Shown here: piece after piece, positions 27,539 to 37,837 of the stretch
Layout: each line of letters begins with the position of its first letter
Numbering within the stretch: position 1 is the first letter of the stretch
DNA from: an uncultured Gammaproteobacteria bacterium
Lineage (GTDB): Bacteria > Pseudomonadota > Gammaproteobacteria > Competibacterales > JAHEDQ01
Direction: 5' to 3'
DNA: 64,000 bases
Assembly (NCBI GenBank): GCA_963783675.1
Contig: CAWAOU010000016.1
Location: 98,478 to 162,477, forward strand
Notes under the pieces: model-generated
Databases searched by the model: none
What the model was told of the DNA's origin: nothing
Seen by the model: only the letters and a program-made list of their open reading frames with translations
Made by a program: the position numbers and the translations under genes

Positions 27539-27721
27539 TTAGCTACTAGCGTTGTTCTTACGGCCTGTCCAAGAAGGGCTAACTTTGTTGACATAATCAA
27601 ATTCAAATAATATTACTGAGCACCACGGAAAAAAGTTAATCCATGTTGGTATCATGGCGAGGATGGCGGTTGTTGTTATTTCAACCTGAGCCGCACGGTC
27701 GATGCTTGTCCTTGAACTCAT
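27539..27721 (-). CDS. possible small membrane protein, function unknown
   Basis: The AT-rich part of ORF 27539..27808 read from the internal ATG at 27721 gives MSSRTSIDRAAQVEITTTAILAMIPTWINFFPWCSVILFEF.... Its stop lies 2 nt before the next ORF's start. Weak call. Confidence 0.25.
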   Translation of the reverse strand: MSSRTSIDRAAQVEITTTAILAMIPTWINFFPWCSVILFEFDYVNKVSPSWTGRKNNASS

Positions 27722-28048
27722 CGTCTGAACGGCGTTCGGGCAGCGTCGGTTCCTCCCTATACCCGTCGCAGCCCGCCGACCGCCCCTACCCCGCTCGGAC
27801 GGCGTCACCCGCGCCCGGTACCGGCTGTTGGGCGCAAAGACCCCGTTATAAGCGGGTCAGGTTGACCCGCGGTTTGGGCACCCCATAGACCCGTATCCCC
27901 CGTCGCTTGCGGGTGTTTGCGAAGGCACCCGACTCATCCAGCACCCGACCCGGGTCGGGTGGAAGATTGTGCCGGCGGCGTCAACGACCTATAACTGACA
28001 ATGGCCGGCGCAATCGTGTGACGGGCCGCCAAACGGGGGAAACCACAT

Positions 28049-29215
28049 ATGAAGACGGGCTTGGGTTCATGCGCGGCGTTCGCGTTTGCGCTGGCGACCG
28101 GTGTCGCCGCTACCGCCGGCGCCGCCGATATGCTCGACAAATTGGGCGCCGGCGAAGGGCAGGTCAATATCGTGGCCTGGCCGGGCTACATCGAGCGCGG
28201 CGAAACCGACAAGAACTTCGATTGGGTGTCGAAGTTCGAGGCGGCCACCGGTTGCGAGGTCAAGGTCAAGACCGCCAACACCTCGGACGAGATGGTGGCG
28301 CTGATGAACGAGGGTGGGTTCGACCTGGTCACCGCCTCCGGCGACGCCTCGCTGCGGCTGATCGCGGGCAAGCGGGTGCAACCCGTCAACATCGCACTGA
28401 TTCCCAGTTGGGGCACGGTGGACGATCGCCTGAAAAACGCGCCCTGGCATACGGTGGACGGCATGCACTACGGCACCCCGTATATGTGGGGGCCCAATGT
28501 GCTGATGTACAACACCACCGCGTTCAAGGAAGCGCCCACCAGCTGGAACGTGGTGTTCGAGGAAATGACGCTGTCGGACGGTGCCACCAACAAGGGCCGG
28601 GTTCAGGCCTACGACGGGCCTATACACGTGGCCGATGCCGCCAACTACCTGATGTTCCATCAGCCGGAACTGGGCATCAAAAGCCCGTACGAGCTGAACG
28701 AGGATCAGTACAAGGCGGCCCTGGACCTGCTACGCCAACAGCGTCAGTTAGTCGGCCGATACTGGCACGACGCCTTTATCCAGATCGACGATTTCAAGAA
28801 CGAGGGCGTGGTGGCCTCGGGCTCCTGGCCATTCCAGGTAAACCTGCTGGCGGGGGACAAACAGCCCATCGCCTCGGTAATCCCCCAGGAAGGGGCCACC
28901 GGCTGGGCCGACACCACCATGATGCATACCGATGCGGAGAACCCGAACTGCGCCTACATGTGGATGGAACACACCCTGTCGTCAAATTTGCAGAGTGATC
29001 TATCGGTCTGGTTCGGCGCCAATCCATCGGTACCGGCCGCCTGCACCGATGGCCGCGGCATACAGACCGCCGAGGGCTGCACCACCAACGGCATGGACGA
29101 TTTCGAACGCATCAAATTCTGGCAGACCCCGGTGTCAAAATGCGCCAGCCAGGGCGAGTGCGTTCCCTACTACCGATGGGTGTCGGACTACATCGGCGTC
29201 ATCGGCGGACGTTGA
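28049..29215 (+). CDS. periplasmic substrate-binding protein (PotD/PotF-like), Sec-type signal
   Basis: 388-aa ORF with signal MKTGLGSCAAFAFALATGVAATAGA. The strings NIVAWPGYIE, WGPNVLMYNT and WADTTMMH fit the polyamine-type SBP pattern. Confidence 0.9.
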   Translation: MKTGLGSCAAFAFALATGVAATAGAADMLDKLGAGEGQVNIVAWPGYIERGETDKNFDWVSKFEAATGCEVKVKTANTSDEMVALMNEGGFDLVTASGDASLRLIAGKRVQPVNIALIPSWGTVDDRLKNAPWHTVDGMHYGTPYMWGPNVLMYNTTAFKEAPTSWNVVFEEMTLSDGATNKGRVQAYDGPIHVADAANYLMFHQPELGIKSPYELNEDQYKAALDLLRQQRQLVGRYWHDAFIQIDDFKNEGVVASGSWPFQVNLLAGDKQPIASVIPQEGATGWADTTMMHTDAENPNCAYMWMEHTLSSNLQSDLSVWFGANPSVPAACTDGRGIQTAEGCTTNGMDDFERIKFWQTPVSKCASQGECVPYYRWVSDYIGVIGGR

Positions 29216-29253
29216 TTGCGATTCAGGAAACCCCTGATGCGGTCTGATATGCA

Positions 29254-30243
29254 ATGACCGGGGCGGTCCGATTTTCCCGGGTGTCGCGACATTTCGGTGA
29301 CGTCCGCGCGGTGGACGCGGTGGATCTGGAGGTCGCCGCGGGCGAGTTTTTCGCCATGCTGGGTCCATCAGGATCGGGCAAGACGACCTGTCTGCGCCTG
29401 ATCGCCGGTTTCGAACAACCCACCGCCGGGCACATCGAAATCTTCGGCGAAACGGCGGAAGGCGTCCCGCCCTATCGGCGCAACGTCAACACGGTGTTTC
29501 AGGACTATGCCCTGTTCCCGCATCTGAATGTGCTGGACAACGTCGCCTACAGCCTGATGGTGCGGGGCGTGGCAAAGCCGGACCGTCATCGGGCGGCGGA
29601 ACAGGCGCTGGAACTGGTTCAGTTGCCCGGCTACGGGACACGCCGCCCGGGCCAGCTGTCCGGCGGCCAGCGTCAGCGGGTGGCCCTGGCCCGGGCCCTG
29701 GTCAATCGGCCCAAGGTGCTGCTGCTGGACGAACCCCTGGGGGCGCTGGATCTGCGCCTGCGGGAACAGATGCAGGAAGAGCTCAAGGCCCTGCAAAAAT
29801 CCCTGGCCATCACCTTTGTGTTTGTCACCCACGATCAGGGGGAGGCGCTGTCCATGGCCGATCGCGTTGCCGTCTTCGACCAGGGACGCATCATCCAGGT
29901 GGGCAGCCCCGAAGACATCTACCAGCGACCGAACACCCGCTTTGTCGCCGAATTCGTGGGCTCATCCAACGTGCTGCCACCAGCTTTCGTCCAGGCCCGG
30001 TGGGGACGGGATGCCTGGGCGAGCCTACGCCCCGAGGCGGTCACCCTGGGTCGGGAGGACGGCATCCAGGCCCGTCTGATCTCCCGGGCCTATCTCGGCG
30101 CCAGCACCCGTCTGGTGCTCGATGCCGAAGGCCTGCGCCTCAGCGCGATGGTCCCCACCGGCCAGGCCTTGCCGGCGGACGGGGATACGGTGACCGTGTC
30201 CTGGGCGCCGGAGGCGGTTCACTTTATGACCGGCGAGGAATGA
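29254..30243 (+). CDS. ABC transporter ATP-binding protein (PotA-like)
   Basis: Walker A GPSGSGKTT, signature LSGGQRQRVALARAL and Walker B VLLLDEPLGALD are present. Confidence 0.9.
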   Translation: MTGAVRFSRVSRHFGDVRAVDAVDLEVAAGEFFAMLGPSGSGKTTCLRLIAGFEQPTAGHIEIFGETAEGVPPYRRNVNTVFQDYALFPHLNVLDNVAYSLMVRGVAKPDRHRAAEQALELVQLPGYGTRRPGQLSGGQRQRVALARALVNRPKVLLLDEPLGALDLRLREQMQEELKALQKSLAITFVFVTHDQGEALSMADRVAVFDQGRIIQVGSPEDIYQRPNTRFVAEFVGSSNVLPPAFVQARWGRDAWASLRPEAVTLGREDGIQARLISRAYLGASTRLVLDAEGLRLSAMVPTGQALPADGDTVTVSWAPEAVHFMTGEE

Positions 30244-31187
30244 GCGGGTCCGGCACGGCCATTCTGCCCGGACGACGGGGCCTGTTCGGCGGCCTGTGGG
30301 ATCTGTTCTGGCGCAGACCGAATCTGCTGCTGTTTCTGATGCTGCTGCCACCGGTGCTGTGGCTGGGCATCATCTATCTCGGCGCCCTGTTCGCACTGCT
30401 TGCCCAGAGCTTTTTCTCCATCGACGAGTTCTCCGGCCTGGTGCGCTACGAGTTCACCCTGAAGACCTATGGCGAGCTGCTGCGGCCCTCCAATTTCGAC
30501 ATCATCGTGCGCACCGTAACCATGGCGGCTCTGGTCACCGTCGCCGCCGCGGTGGTCGCCTTTCCCATCGCCTACTACGCCGCGCGCTACGCACGGGGCA
30601 AGTGGAAGGCTTTGTTCTATTTAGGGGTGATGCTGCCCTTGTGGTCCAGCTACCTGGTGAAGATCTACGCCTGGAAACTGATCCTGGCAAAGGAGGGCAT
30701 ACTCAACTGGGTGTTTGCCAAACTGCATCTGACCTGGCTGCTGGATGCCCTGCTGGCCATCCCGATTATTGGCGGAAACTCCCTGTCCATCAGTTATATC
30801 GGCACCTTTGTGGTGTTTCTTTACGTCTGGCTGCCGTTCATGATCCTGCCGCTGCAGGCGGCTCTGGAACGGGTGCCGGCCACCCTGACCGAGGCCTCTT
30901 CGGATCTGGGCGCGGCCCCGCGACAAACACTGCGTCACGTGATTCTGCCGCTGGCCCTGCCCGGCATGATCGCCGGCTCGATCTTCACCTTTTCGCTCAC
31001 CCTGGGCGACTACATCATCCCCCAGATCATCGGCACTTCGAGGCTATTCATCGGCCAAGCGGTGTACGCACAGCAGGGCACCGCCGGCAACATTCCCCTG
31101 GCAGCGGCGTTTACCGTGGTGCCCATCGTGATCATGGGGGTCTATCTCTGGCTGGCCAAACGTCAAGGGGCCTTCGATGCGCTCTGA
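30240..31187 (+). CDS. ABC transporter permease (PotB-like)
   Basis: The frame is open from 30000. The ATG at 30240 overlaps the ATPase stop (ATGA) and starts [43 protein letters not shown]. The EAA-loop is [30 protein letters not shown]. Confidence 0.9.
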   Translation: MSGSGTAILPGRRGLFGGLWDLFWRRPNLLLFLMLLPPVLWLGIIYLGALFALLAQSFFSIDEFSGLVRYEFTLKTYGELLRPSNFDIIVRTVTMAALVTVAAAVVAFPIAYYAARYARGKWKALFYLGVMLPLWSSYLVKIYAWKLILAKEGILNWVFAKLHLTWLLDALLAIPIIGGNSLSISYIGTFVVFLYVWLPFMILPLQAALERVPATLTEASSDLGAAPRQTLRHVILPLALPGMIAGSIFTFSLTLGDYIIPQIIGTSRLFIGQAVYAQQGTAGNIPLAAAFTVVPIVIMGVYLWLAKRQGAFDAL

Positions 31188-31992
31188 CCACTCCCAGTCG
31201 GCACCGCTGGGGCTGAAGATCGCAGCCGTGGCCGGACTGCTGTTTCTGCACCTGCCGATCGCGTTGATTTTCGTCTACGCCTTCACCACCGAGGAAAAAA
31301 GCTACCAGTGGCCGCCGCCGGGCTTCACCCTGAAATGGCTGGGCGTCACCTGGGAGCGGTCCGATGTGTGGGAGGCCCTGACCCTGTCGGTGCAGGTGGC
31401 GACGATTTCGACCCTGGTGGCGCTGGTACTGGGGACGCTGTGCGCGGCGGCGGTGTCCCGCTCAAGATTTTTCGGCCGGGAGACGCTGTCACTGCTGGTG
31501 ATCCTGCCCATCGCACTGCCCGGCATCATCACCGGCATCGCGCTGCGATCCGCCTTTAACCTGGCCGACATCCGGTTCTCGTTCTGGACCATTGTGCTGG
31601 GCCACGCCACCTTCTGCGTGGTGGTGGTCTATAACAATGCCGTGGCCCGATTTCGCCGCACCTCCGGATCCCTGATCGAGGCGTCTATGGATCTGGGCGC
31701 CGACGGCTTCCAGACCTTTCGATATGTGATCCTGCCCAACATCGCCACCGCGCTGCTGGCCGGTGGCATGCTGGCCTTTGCCCTGTCCTTCGACGAGGTG
31801 ATCGTCACCACCTTCACCGCCGGCCAACAGGCCACGCTTCCGATCTGGATGCTGGAGGAACTGGTCAGACCGCGACAGCGGCCGGTCACCAATGTGGTGG
31901 CCATGGTGGTGGTGGTGGTGACCTTCGTACCGATTCTGGGGGCCTACTACCTCACCCGGGACGGCGACCAGATCGCCGGCGCCGGAAAATAG
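31177..31992 (+). CDS. ABC transporter permease (PotC-like)
   Basis: 271-aa ORF with the EAA-loop [30 protein letters not shown]. It overlaps the previous gene by 11 nt. Confidence 0.9.
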   Translation: MRSDHSQSAPLGLKIAAVAGLLFLHLPIALIFVYAFTTEEKSYQWPPPGFTLKWLGVTWERSDVWEALTLSVQVATISTLVALVLGTLCAAAVSRSRFFGRETLSLLVILPIALPGIITGIALRSAFNLADIRFSFWTIVLGHATFCVVVVYNNAVARFRRTSGSLIEASMDLGADGFQTFRYVILPNIATALLAGGMLAFALSFDEVIVTTFTAGQQATLPIWMLEELVRPRQRPVTNVVAMVVVVVTFVPILGAYYLTRDGDQIAGAGK

Positions 31993-32017
31993 CACGGCGA
32001 CACCGCCAGGGCGTCAT

Positions 32018-35000
32018 TCAACCCGCGTCCGATGGCACCGTGTTGCGGCGTCCCTTGCGATCCGCCAGCTTCTGCAGAAACACATAGAACGCGGGTACGA
32101 ACAGCAGCGCCAGGCAGGTTGATGCAAGCATGCCGCTGAGTACGGTGATGCCGATGGATTTGCGTGAATTGGCTCCCGCGCCACTGGCCAGCACCAGGGG
32201 CAACACCCCGAGAATAAATGCAAACGAGGTCATCAGAATCGGCCGAAACCGAACCTGGGCGGCCTCAACCGCCGCGGACACGGCGTCGGCGCCCTGGTTG
32301 TAGCGCTCTCTTGCCACCTCCACAATCAGGATCGCATTCTTGGCCGACAGTGCAATCAACAGCACCAGCCCGATTTGCACGTAGAGGTTGTTGGCTATGC
32401 CCACCGCCAGCAAGACGCTCACCGTGCCCAAAAGCGCCAGCGGCACGGCGAAAATAACCGCGCCGGGTATCAGCCAGCTTTCATACTGGCCGGCTAGAAC
32501 GAAGTACACCAGCAGCACGGACAGGGCGAAAATAAAGTACTCCGTATTGCCCAGCAGCTTTTCCTGGTAGGACATGCCGGTCCACTGGTAGTCCATACCG
32601 CCGGCCAGACTTGCATCGGCGATCTGCTCCATCGCGGTCATGGCCTGGCCCGTGCTGAAGCCCCGGTCCGGGACGCCAACCACGGTGGCCGACGGGTAAA
32701 GGTTGTAGAGCGAGATCAGATCCGGCCCGACCCCGGGTGTCATTTCCACCAGCGAACCGATGGGCACCATATCACCCGTGTTGCTGCGCACGTAGAACTG
32801 CATGATGTCATCGGGGGTCAAGCGAAACGGCTGGTCCGCCTGGGCAAACACCATGAAGTTGTGCCCGAAACGGGTGAACTGGTTGACATAGCTGGAGCCG
32901 AGGTAGCTTTGCAGGGTGCTGAAGGCATCCCCCACCGGTACCGCAAAGGTCTCGGCTTTGCTTCGATCCAGCACCACGTCCACATTGGGTGCGTCGGCCC
33001 GAAACGGGCTGAAGGCAAAGCGAATACCCTCATGCTTGGCCCCGGCCTCCCCGATCTTCGCGGCCACGTCCTGGAGCTTTCCATAGTCGTAGTTGTTGTC
33101 TATCAGGTTGACCTGCATCTGGAACCCGCTGGCCAGACCCACACCCTGTATCGGCGGCGGCACCAGCACCAGGGATTTCGCCTCCTCTACGCCCTGGACC
33201 GTATCGGACAGTGCCTGATAGAGGGGCAGCAGGCCCTCTGCCTTACCCCGCTGATCCCAGGGCTCGAGAATCACGTAGATCACGCCGGAACTGGACTGCG
33301 GGGCGCTGTTCTGCAGCAGCGAGGTCCCGGCAATGGTCACCGCATGCAGCACGCCCGGCACCTTGGACACCCGCTCCGACAGCGCTGTCAGCGCCTGGCC
33401 GGTTCGGTCCAGGGTCGCACCGCTGGGCAGTTGAACCGAGATCACCATGTAGCCCTGATCCTCCACCGGTATGAAACCGGTGGGCACCCGAGTGAATCCC
33501 CAGCCGGCGACCACCACCAGCAGCAATGCCATCAGCACGGCAATGCCGCTGTGCCCGGCCAACCGGCGGACCAACCCCACATAGCCCCGTTCCATGCGGG
33601 CGTACAGCCAGTTAAAACCCCGGAACACAATAAATTTGCCCGCCGCCGGGTTGACCGGGCGCAACCACTGGCCGCATTGGGTCGGCTTCAGAGTCAGGGC
33701 GTTAATGGCGCTGATCAAGGCGGTGGCGGCAATGACCAGGGCGAACTGTCGATACATCTGGCCGGTTACCCCCGGTAGGAAGGCGGCCGGAACAAAGACG
33801 GACATCAAGACCAGGGTGATCCCCACGATGGGGCCGGTGAGCTCTGACATGGCGTCGATGGCGGCCTGCCGGGGTGACTTGCCCCGCTCGATGTGTTGGG
33901 TCGAGCCCTCCACCACCACGATGGCGTCGTCCACCACGATGCCGATGGACAGCACGATGGCGAACAGGGTCAGCGTGTTGATGCTGAAATCCAGCATATA
34001 CATGGCGGCGAAGGCGCCGATGATGGTCACCGGGACTGTGGTCACCGGCACCAGGATGGCGCGGAAACTTTGCAGGAACAGTACAATGACCACCAGCACC
34101 AAAACCCCGGCCTGGAACAAGGTGACATAGACTTCATCAATGGACTGGGACACGAAATCGGTGGTGTCCAGGGGAATCCCGTAGGTCAATCCTTCCGGGA
34201 ACGCTTTCGCCAGGCGGTCCATCCGGGCCTTGACGGCCTCGGCCGTATCCAGCGCATTGGCTTCGGGCAGCAGGAAAATCGCCAGACCACCTGCCGGCTT
34301 TCCATCCAGATTGAAGGACTGGCTGTAGCTCCGGGCCCCGAGTTCCACCCGCGCCACATCGCGCACCCGGGTGATCTGCCCGCCCCTGCCTTGTTGCGCC
34401 TTGACGATAATGGACTCGAACTGGTCCGCCTGATCCAGCGGACCAGACACGTTCACATCCATCTGAAAATCCTGGCTGCTGGGTGCCGGCGGCATACCCA
34501 GTTGGCCCGCTCCAACTTTTACGTTTTCGCCCTGAATGGCCTGAATCACGTCGGACGGCGTCAGGGAACGCTGCTGCATCTTCTCCGGATCGAGCCAGAT
34601 GCGCATGCTGTACTCACCGATGCCAAACACCACCACGTCGCCCACTCCGGGCAAACGCGCCAGCTCATCCCGTAACGAGATGGTGGCGTAGTTGCTCAGA
34701 AACAGGGCGTCGTACTCACTGTTGCTGGATTGCAGGGTGACGATCTGCAGGATCGAGGTGGACTTCTTGCTGGTGACCACCCCTTGCTGCTGCACTGCCG
34801 AGGGCAGCTGCGCGGTGGCGGCGGCCACCCGGTTCTGCACCAGTACCTGGGCGATGTCGGGATCGGTGCCGATATCAAAGGTCACGGTCAGGGTGTACTG
34901 ACCGTTGCTGGCGCTGGTGGATTCCATGTAGAGCATGTTCTGAACCCCGTCCACCTGCTGCTCGATGGGCAGGGCCACGGTTTCCACCAGGGTCTGGGCG

Positions 35001-35161
35001 CTGGCACCGGGAAACCGGGCATTGACCTGCACGGTGACCGGCGTGATCGGAGGATACTGGGCCACCGGCAATTGAAATATCGCCACGCCACCCAACAGCA
35101 ACATGACACAGGCAATGACGTTGGCCAGCACCGGCCGTTCGATAAAGAACTTGGCCATCAT
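32018..35161 (-). CDS. RND efflux transporter, inner-membrane pump (HAE1/AcrB-like)
   Basis: 1047-aa ORF. N-terminus MMAKFFIERPVLANVIACVMLLLGG. The TM4 motif is [14 protein letters not shown]. Twelve-TM-type hydrophobicity with two large loops. Confidence 0.95.
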   Translation of the reverse strand: MMAKFFIERPVLANVIACVMLLLGGVAIFQLPVAQYPPITPVTVQVNARFPGASAQTLVETVALPIEQQVDGVQNMLYMESTSASNGQYTLTVTFDIGTDPDIAQVLVQNRVAAATAQLPSAVQQQGVVTSKKSTSILQIVTLQSSNSEYDALFLSNYATISLRDELARLPGVGDVVVFGIGEYSMRIWLDPEKMQQRSLTPSDVIQAIQGENVKVGAGQLGMPPAPSSQDFQMDVNVSGPLDQADQFESIIVKAQQGRGGQITRVRDVARVELGARSYSQSFNLDGKPAGGLAIFLLPEANALDTAEAVKARMDRLAKAFPEGLTYGIPLDTTDFVSQSIDEVYVTLFQAGVLVLVVIVLFLQSFRAILVPVTTVPVTIIGAFAAMYMLDFSINTLTLFAIVLSIGIVVDDAIVVVEGSTQHIERGKSPRQAAIDAMSELTGPIVGITLVLMSVFVPAAFLPGVTGQMYRQFALVIAATALISAINALTLKPTQCGQWLRPVNPAAGKFIVFRGFNWLYARMERGYVGLVRRLAGHSGIAVLMALLLVVVAGWGFTRVPTGFIPVEDQGYMVISVQLPSGATLDRTGQALTALSERVSKVPGVLHAVTIAGTSLLQNSAPQSSSGVIYVILEPWDQRGKAEGLLPLYQALSDTVQGVEEAKSLVLVPPPIQGVGLASGFQMQVNLIDNNYDYGKLQDVAAKIGEAGAKHEGIRFAFSPFRADAPNVDVVLDRSKAETFAVPVGDAFSTLQSYLGSSYVNQFTRFGHNFMVFAQADQPFRLTPDDIMQFYVRSNTGDMVPIGSLVEMTPGVGPDLISLYNLYPSATVVGVPDRGFSTGQAMTAMEQIADASLAGGMDYQWTGMSYQEKLLGNTEYFIFALSVLLVYFVLAGQYESWLIPGAVIFAVPLALLGTVSVLLAVGIANNLYVQIGLVLLIALSAKNAILIVEVARERYNQGADAVSAAVEAAQVRFRPILMTSFAFILGVLPLVLASGAGANSRKSIGITVLSGMLASTCLALLFVPAFYVFLQKLADRKGRRNTVPSDAG

Positions 35162-35180
35162 GACGGCTGCGGCCCCCGCC

Positions 35181-36272
35181 TCACGGACTCGCCTCCAGCA
35201 CCTTCACTTTCTGTCCCGGCCTGGCGTAGGCCAAACCCTTGACGATGATCCGGTCGGTGGCATCCAAGCCACCCGTCACCACACGCGACTCACCCTTTTG
35301 CTCGCCCACCTGGATCCGTTTCTGACGGACCACGTCCTGATCATCCACCACCAGCACGAAGGCGCCGGCCTGATCTCGCTCCACCGCCCGGTTTGGCACC
35401 GCAAGATGCTGGATCGGACTGCCAAATCGGATTCTGACCCGGGCGAACAGGCCGGGCACAAACAGGCCGTCCGGGTTGTCGAGCACGGCGCGCAATTGAA
35501 TGGTGCCACTGCCCTGATCCACGCCAGGGGCAACGTAGTCCAGGGTGCCCTGGTAGGGGTAATCGCTGTCGTTACCAATGGCCACCAGCACCGGAAGCGT
35601 GCCAACCTGCTTCATCGGATCATCGTCCTGGGCCATGAGACGGCGCCGCACGCCGAGAGCGTCCGGTGCATTGATGCTGAAATCTAGATAAATCGGATCG
35701 ACCTGCTGCAACGCCACCAGCTGGGTCACCCCGGTGTTGGGACCCACCAGGTTTCCGGCATCCACCAGACGCGCCCCGAGTTGCCCGGCAAAGGGCGCGC
35801 TGATTTCCGTATAGCCCAGATTGATGGCCGCGAGCTGCGTATTGGCATCGGCCTCGTCACGTTTTGCCCGCCAGCTTTCAACCCGCGTCTGCGAGGTCGC
35901 GTCCTGCGAGATCAAGCGCAGCTGCCGGGCGTACTCGCTTTGGGCCTGGCTGAGTTGTGCCTGATACAGCTTCAACTGCTGTTCATAGGTGTTGCGCTGG
36001 ATGGAGAACAAAGGCGCGCCCTTGGCCACCCGACTTCCGTCCCGGAAATGCACCGCTTCCAGTACCCCGTCCACCCGGGCGACGATGTTTGCCGTGGCCG
36101 ACGCCTCGAAGGTTCCGGTGGCGTCCAAATGCTCACTGACGGCGGCGGGCTTGGGCCGCTGGACCGTGACCTCGTTGGGCGCCGCGGCTTGCTGCGCCAA
36201 TGCAGCGGGCGGGCACCATGGGATCGCGGACATCGCGGCCAGCGTCAGGGCAAAAGAGCGCATCCTGGTCAT
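35181..36272 (-). CDS. RND efflux periplasmic adaptor (membrane fusion protein)
   Basis: 363-aa ORF with a signal peptide (MRSFALTLAAMSAIPWCPPAALAQ). It has a coiled-coil hairpin region (YEQQLKLYQAQLSQAQSEYARQLRL) and a beta-barrel C-terminus. Its start has a 4-nt overlap with the OMF stop. Confidence 0.9.
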   Translation of the reverse strand: MTRMRSFALTLAAMSAIPWCPPAALAQQAAAPNEVTVQRPKPAAVSEHLDATGTFEASATANIVARVDGVLEAVHFRDGSRVAKGAPLFSIQRNTYEQQLKLYQAQLSQAQSEYARQLRLISQDATSQTRVESWRAKRDEADANTQLAAINLGYTEISAPFAGQLGARLVDAGNLVGPNTGVTQLVALQQVDPIYLDFSINAPDALGVRRRLMAQDDDPMKQVGTLPVLVAIGNDSDYPYQGTLDYVAPGVDQGSGTIQLRAVLDNPDGLFVPGLFARVRIRFGSPIQHLAVPNRAVERDQAGAFVLVVDDQDVVRQKRIQVGEQKGESRVVTGGLDATDRIIVKGLAYARPGQKVKVLEASP

Positions 36273-37837
36273 GGTGTGGTCACTTCGGTTACGCCTCCCG
36301 TGGGCGAAGGGGCTGGTTGTTCGCTGTCCGGCGCTTCAGCGCCGGCGGCAGGCAGCACCTCGCCCCAATTGGTGCGTTGACGCATATCGTCCGCCACCGC
36401 CTCGGACACGATGCTGCGTCCCTGGCGGATCTGCCAGCCGCCACCCAGAGCGCGGTAAACCGAAACCAAGGCGAGTAGAACCTGTCCTCGGCTTTGTGCC
36501 AGGGCGTTTTCCACCTGGAGCTGCGAGTCGAACGCGTTGAGCACCGCGGTGAAACCGGTCTCGCCGTCCTTGTACTGGATCATGGCCAGCCCGGTCGTAC
36601 GTCTCGCCGAGACCGCGGCCTCGGTGAGCGCGGCCACAATGCGCTTGCCGTAAACAAAAGCGGCCAGCGCATTCTCCACATCCTGCTGGGCCGCCAGCAC
36701 CGTGTTTTGATAACTGAGCACCGCTTCCTGGAACAGCGCGTCCTGTACCCGCACCTGGTTGGTCAGCCGTCCGTAGTTGAAGATCGGGAATACGAAACCC
36801 GCCCCAGCCTGAGCGAATCGGCTGTTCCAGTTAAAAATATCAGACACGGACGATCGGCCCAGGTTGGTGGAGCCATAGCCAAAGAAACCGGACAGGGAAA
36901 ACGAGGGATAGAGCTGGGACTCGGCCACACCAATCACCGCCGACTGCGCCGCCGCCGTCTGCAGAGACTCACGCACGTCCGGTCGTCGGCGCAATAGGTC
37001 CAGGGGTATCCCCACGTCCACCTGGGGTGGCGCCCTGGGTACGTCGATGGTGTCTGCCAGCATGGGATCGGCATAACCCGGCGCCTCCCCCAGCAGCAGG
37101 CTCAGCGTGTTGGCGGTCTGCCGCCACTGCTGCTCGAGACCCGGAATCTGAGCCTGGGTTTCCGCCAGCCGGGTTGTGGCCTGGGACACGTCCAGCGCAC
37201 TGGTTTCACCGTTTTCGAAACGGACCCGGGCCAAACGCAAACCCTCGCGCTGGACCTCGGCATTGGCGGCGTTCACCGCCAACTGAGCGTCCAGCGTTCG
37301 GATTGCAACGAAACCGTTGGCGACGCTGGCGACCAGCGTGACCAGGGCATCGTCATAGGCCGCGATGGTGCTGAACAGGGCGGCCTGGTCCGCCTCGATG
37401 CCGCGCCGATACTTGCCCCAGAAATCGATCTCCCAGGTCGCGCCAAAACCAATCCGGTCGGTGACGACATCCGTCCCGGAGTCGAGCAAGCCTGTATTCG
37501 CGTACTGGTAGTTGATCGAGCCGGTCAAGGCCTGCTGCTGGGGAAACTGAGCGCCTATGGCGATGTTGAGCTGGGCCTGGGCCTGGAGAATACGCACCCC
37601 GGCCACCTGCAGATTGGGATTGTTGCGATAGGCCGTGTCCACCAGCATGTCCAGTGTAGGACTGTCGAGCGCTTGCCACCACGCCCGGTCGGCTGCGCTC
37701 TCACTGGCGCGCAAATCGGGTGATTGCTCACGCCATTGCGGGTTCACAGTCACATCGGGGTCCACAAAATCGGGACCCACTGTGCAGGCGCTCAGGGCCA
37801 AGGTCGCACACGCCAGACCGCACGCCGCATACCTCAT
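36269..37837 (-). CDS. RND efflux outer-membrane factor lipoprotein (NodT family)
   Basis: I prefer the ATG at 37837, giving MRYAACGLACATLALSAC|TVGPDF with a lipobox. The ORF-track extension to 37969 is R/P/G-rich and unlikely to be real. The protein has the OMF two-repeat architecture, and its start overlaps the SGNH stop (ATGA). Confidence 0.9.
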   Translation of the reverse strand: MRYAACGLACATLALSACTVGPDFVDPDVTVNPQWREQSPDLRASESAADRAWWQALDSPTLDMLVDTAYRNNPNLQVAGVRILQAQAQLNIAIGAQFPQQQALTGSINYQYANTGLLDSGTDVVTDRIGFGATWEIDFWGKYRRGIEADQAALFSTIAAYDDALVTLVASVANGFVAIRTLDAQLAVNAANAEVQREGLRLARVRFENGETSALDVSQATTRLAETQAQIPGLEQQWRQTANTLSLLLGEAPGYADPMLADTIDVPRAPPQVDVGIPLDLLRRRPDVRESLQTAAAQSAVIGVAESQLYPSFSLSGFFGYGSTNLGRSSVSDIFNWNSRFAQAGAGFVFPIFNYGRLTNQVRVQDALFQEAVLSYQNTVLAAQQDVENALAAFVYGKRIVAALTEAAVSARRTTGLAMIQYKDGETGFTAVLNAFDSQLQVENALAQSRGQVLLALVSVYRALGGGWQIRQGRSIVSEAVADDMRQRTNWGEVLPAAGAEAPDSEQPAPSPTGGVTEVTTP

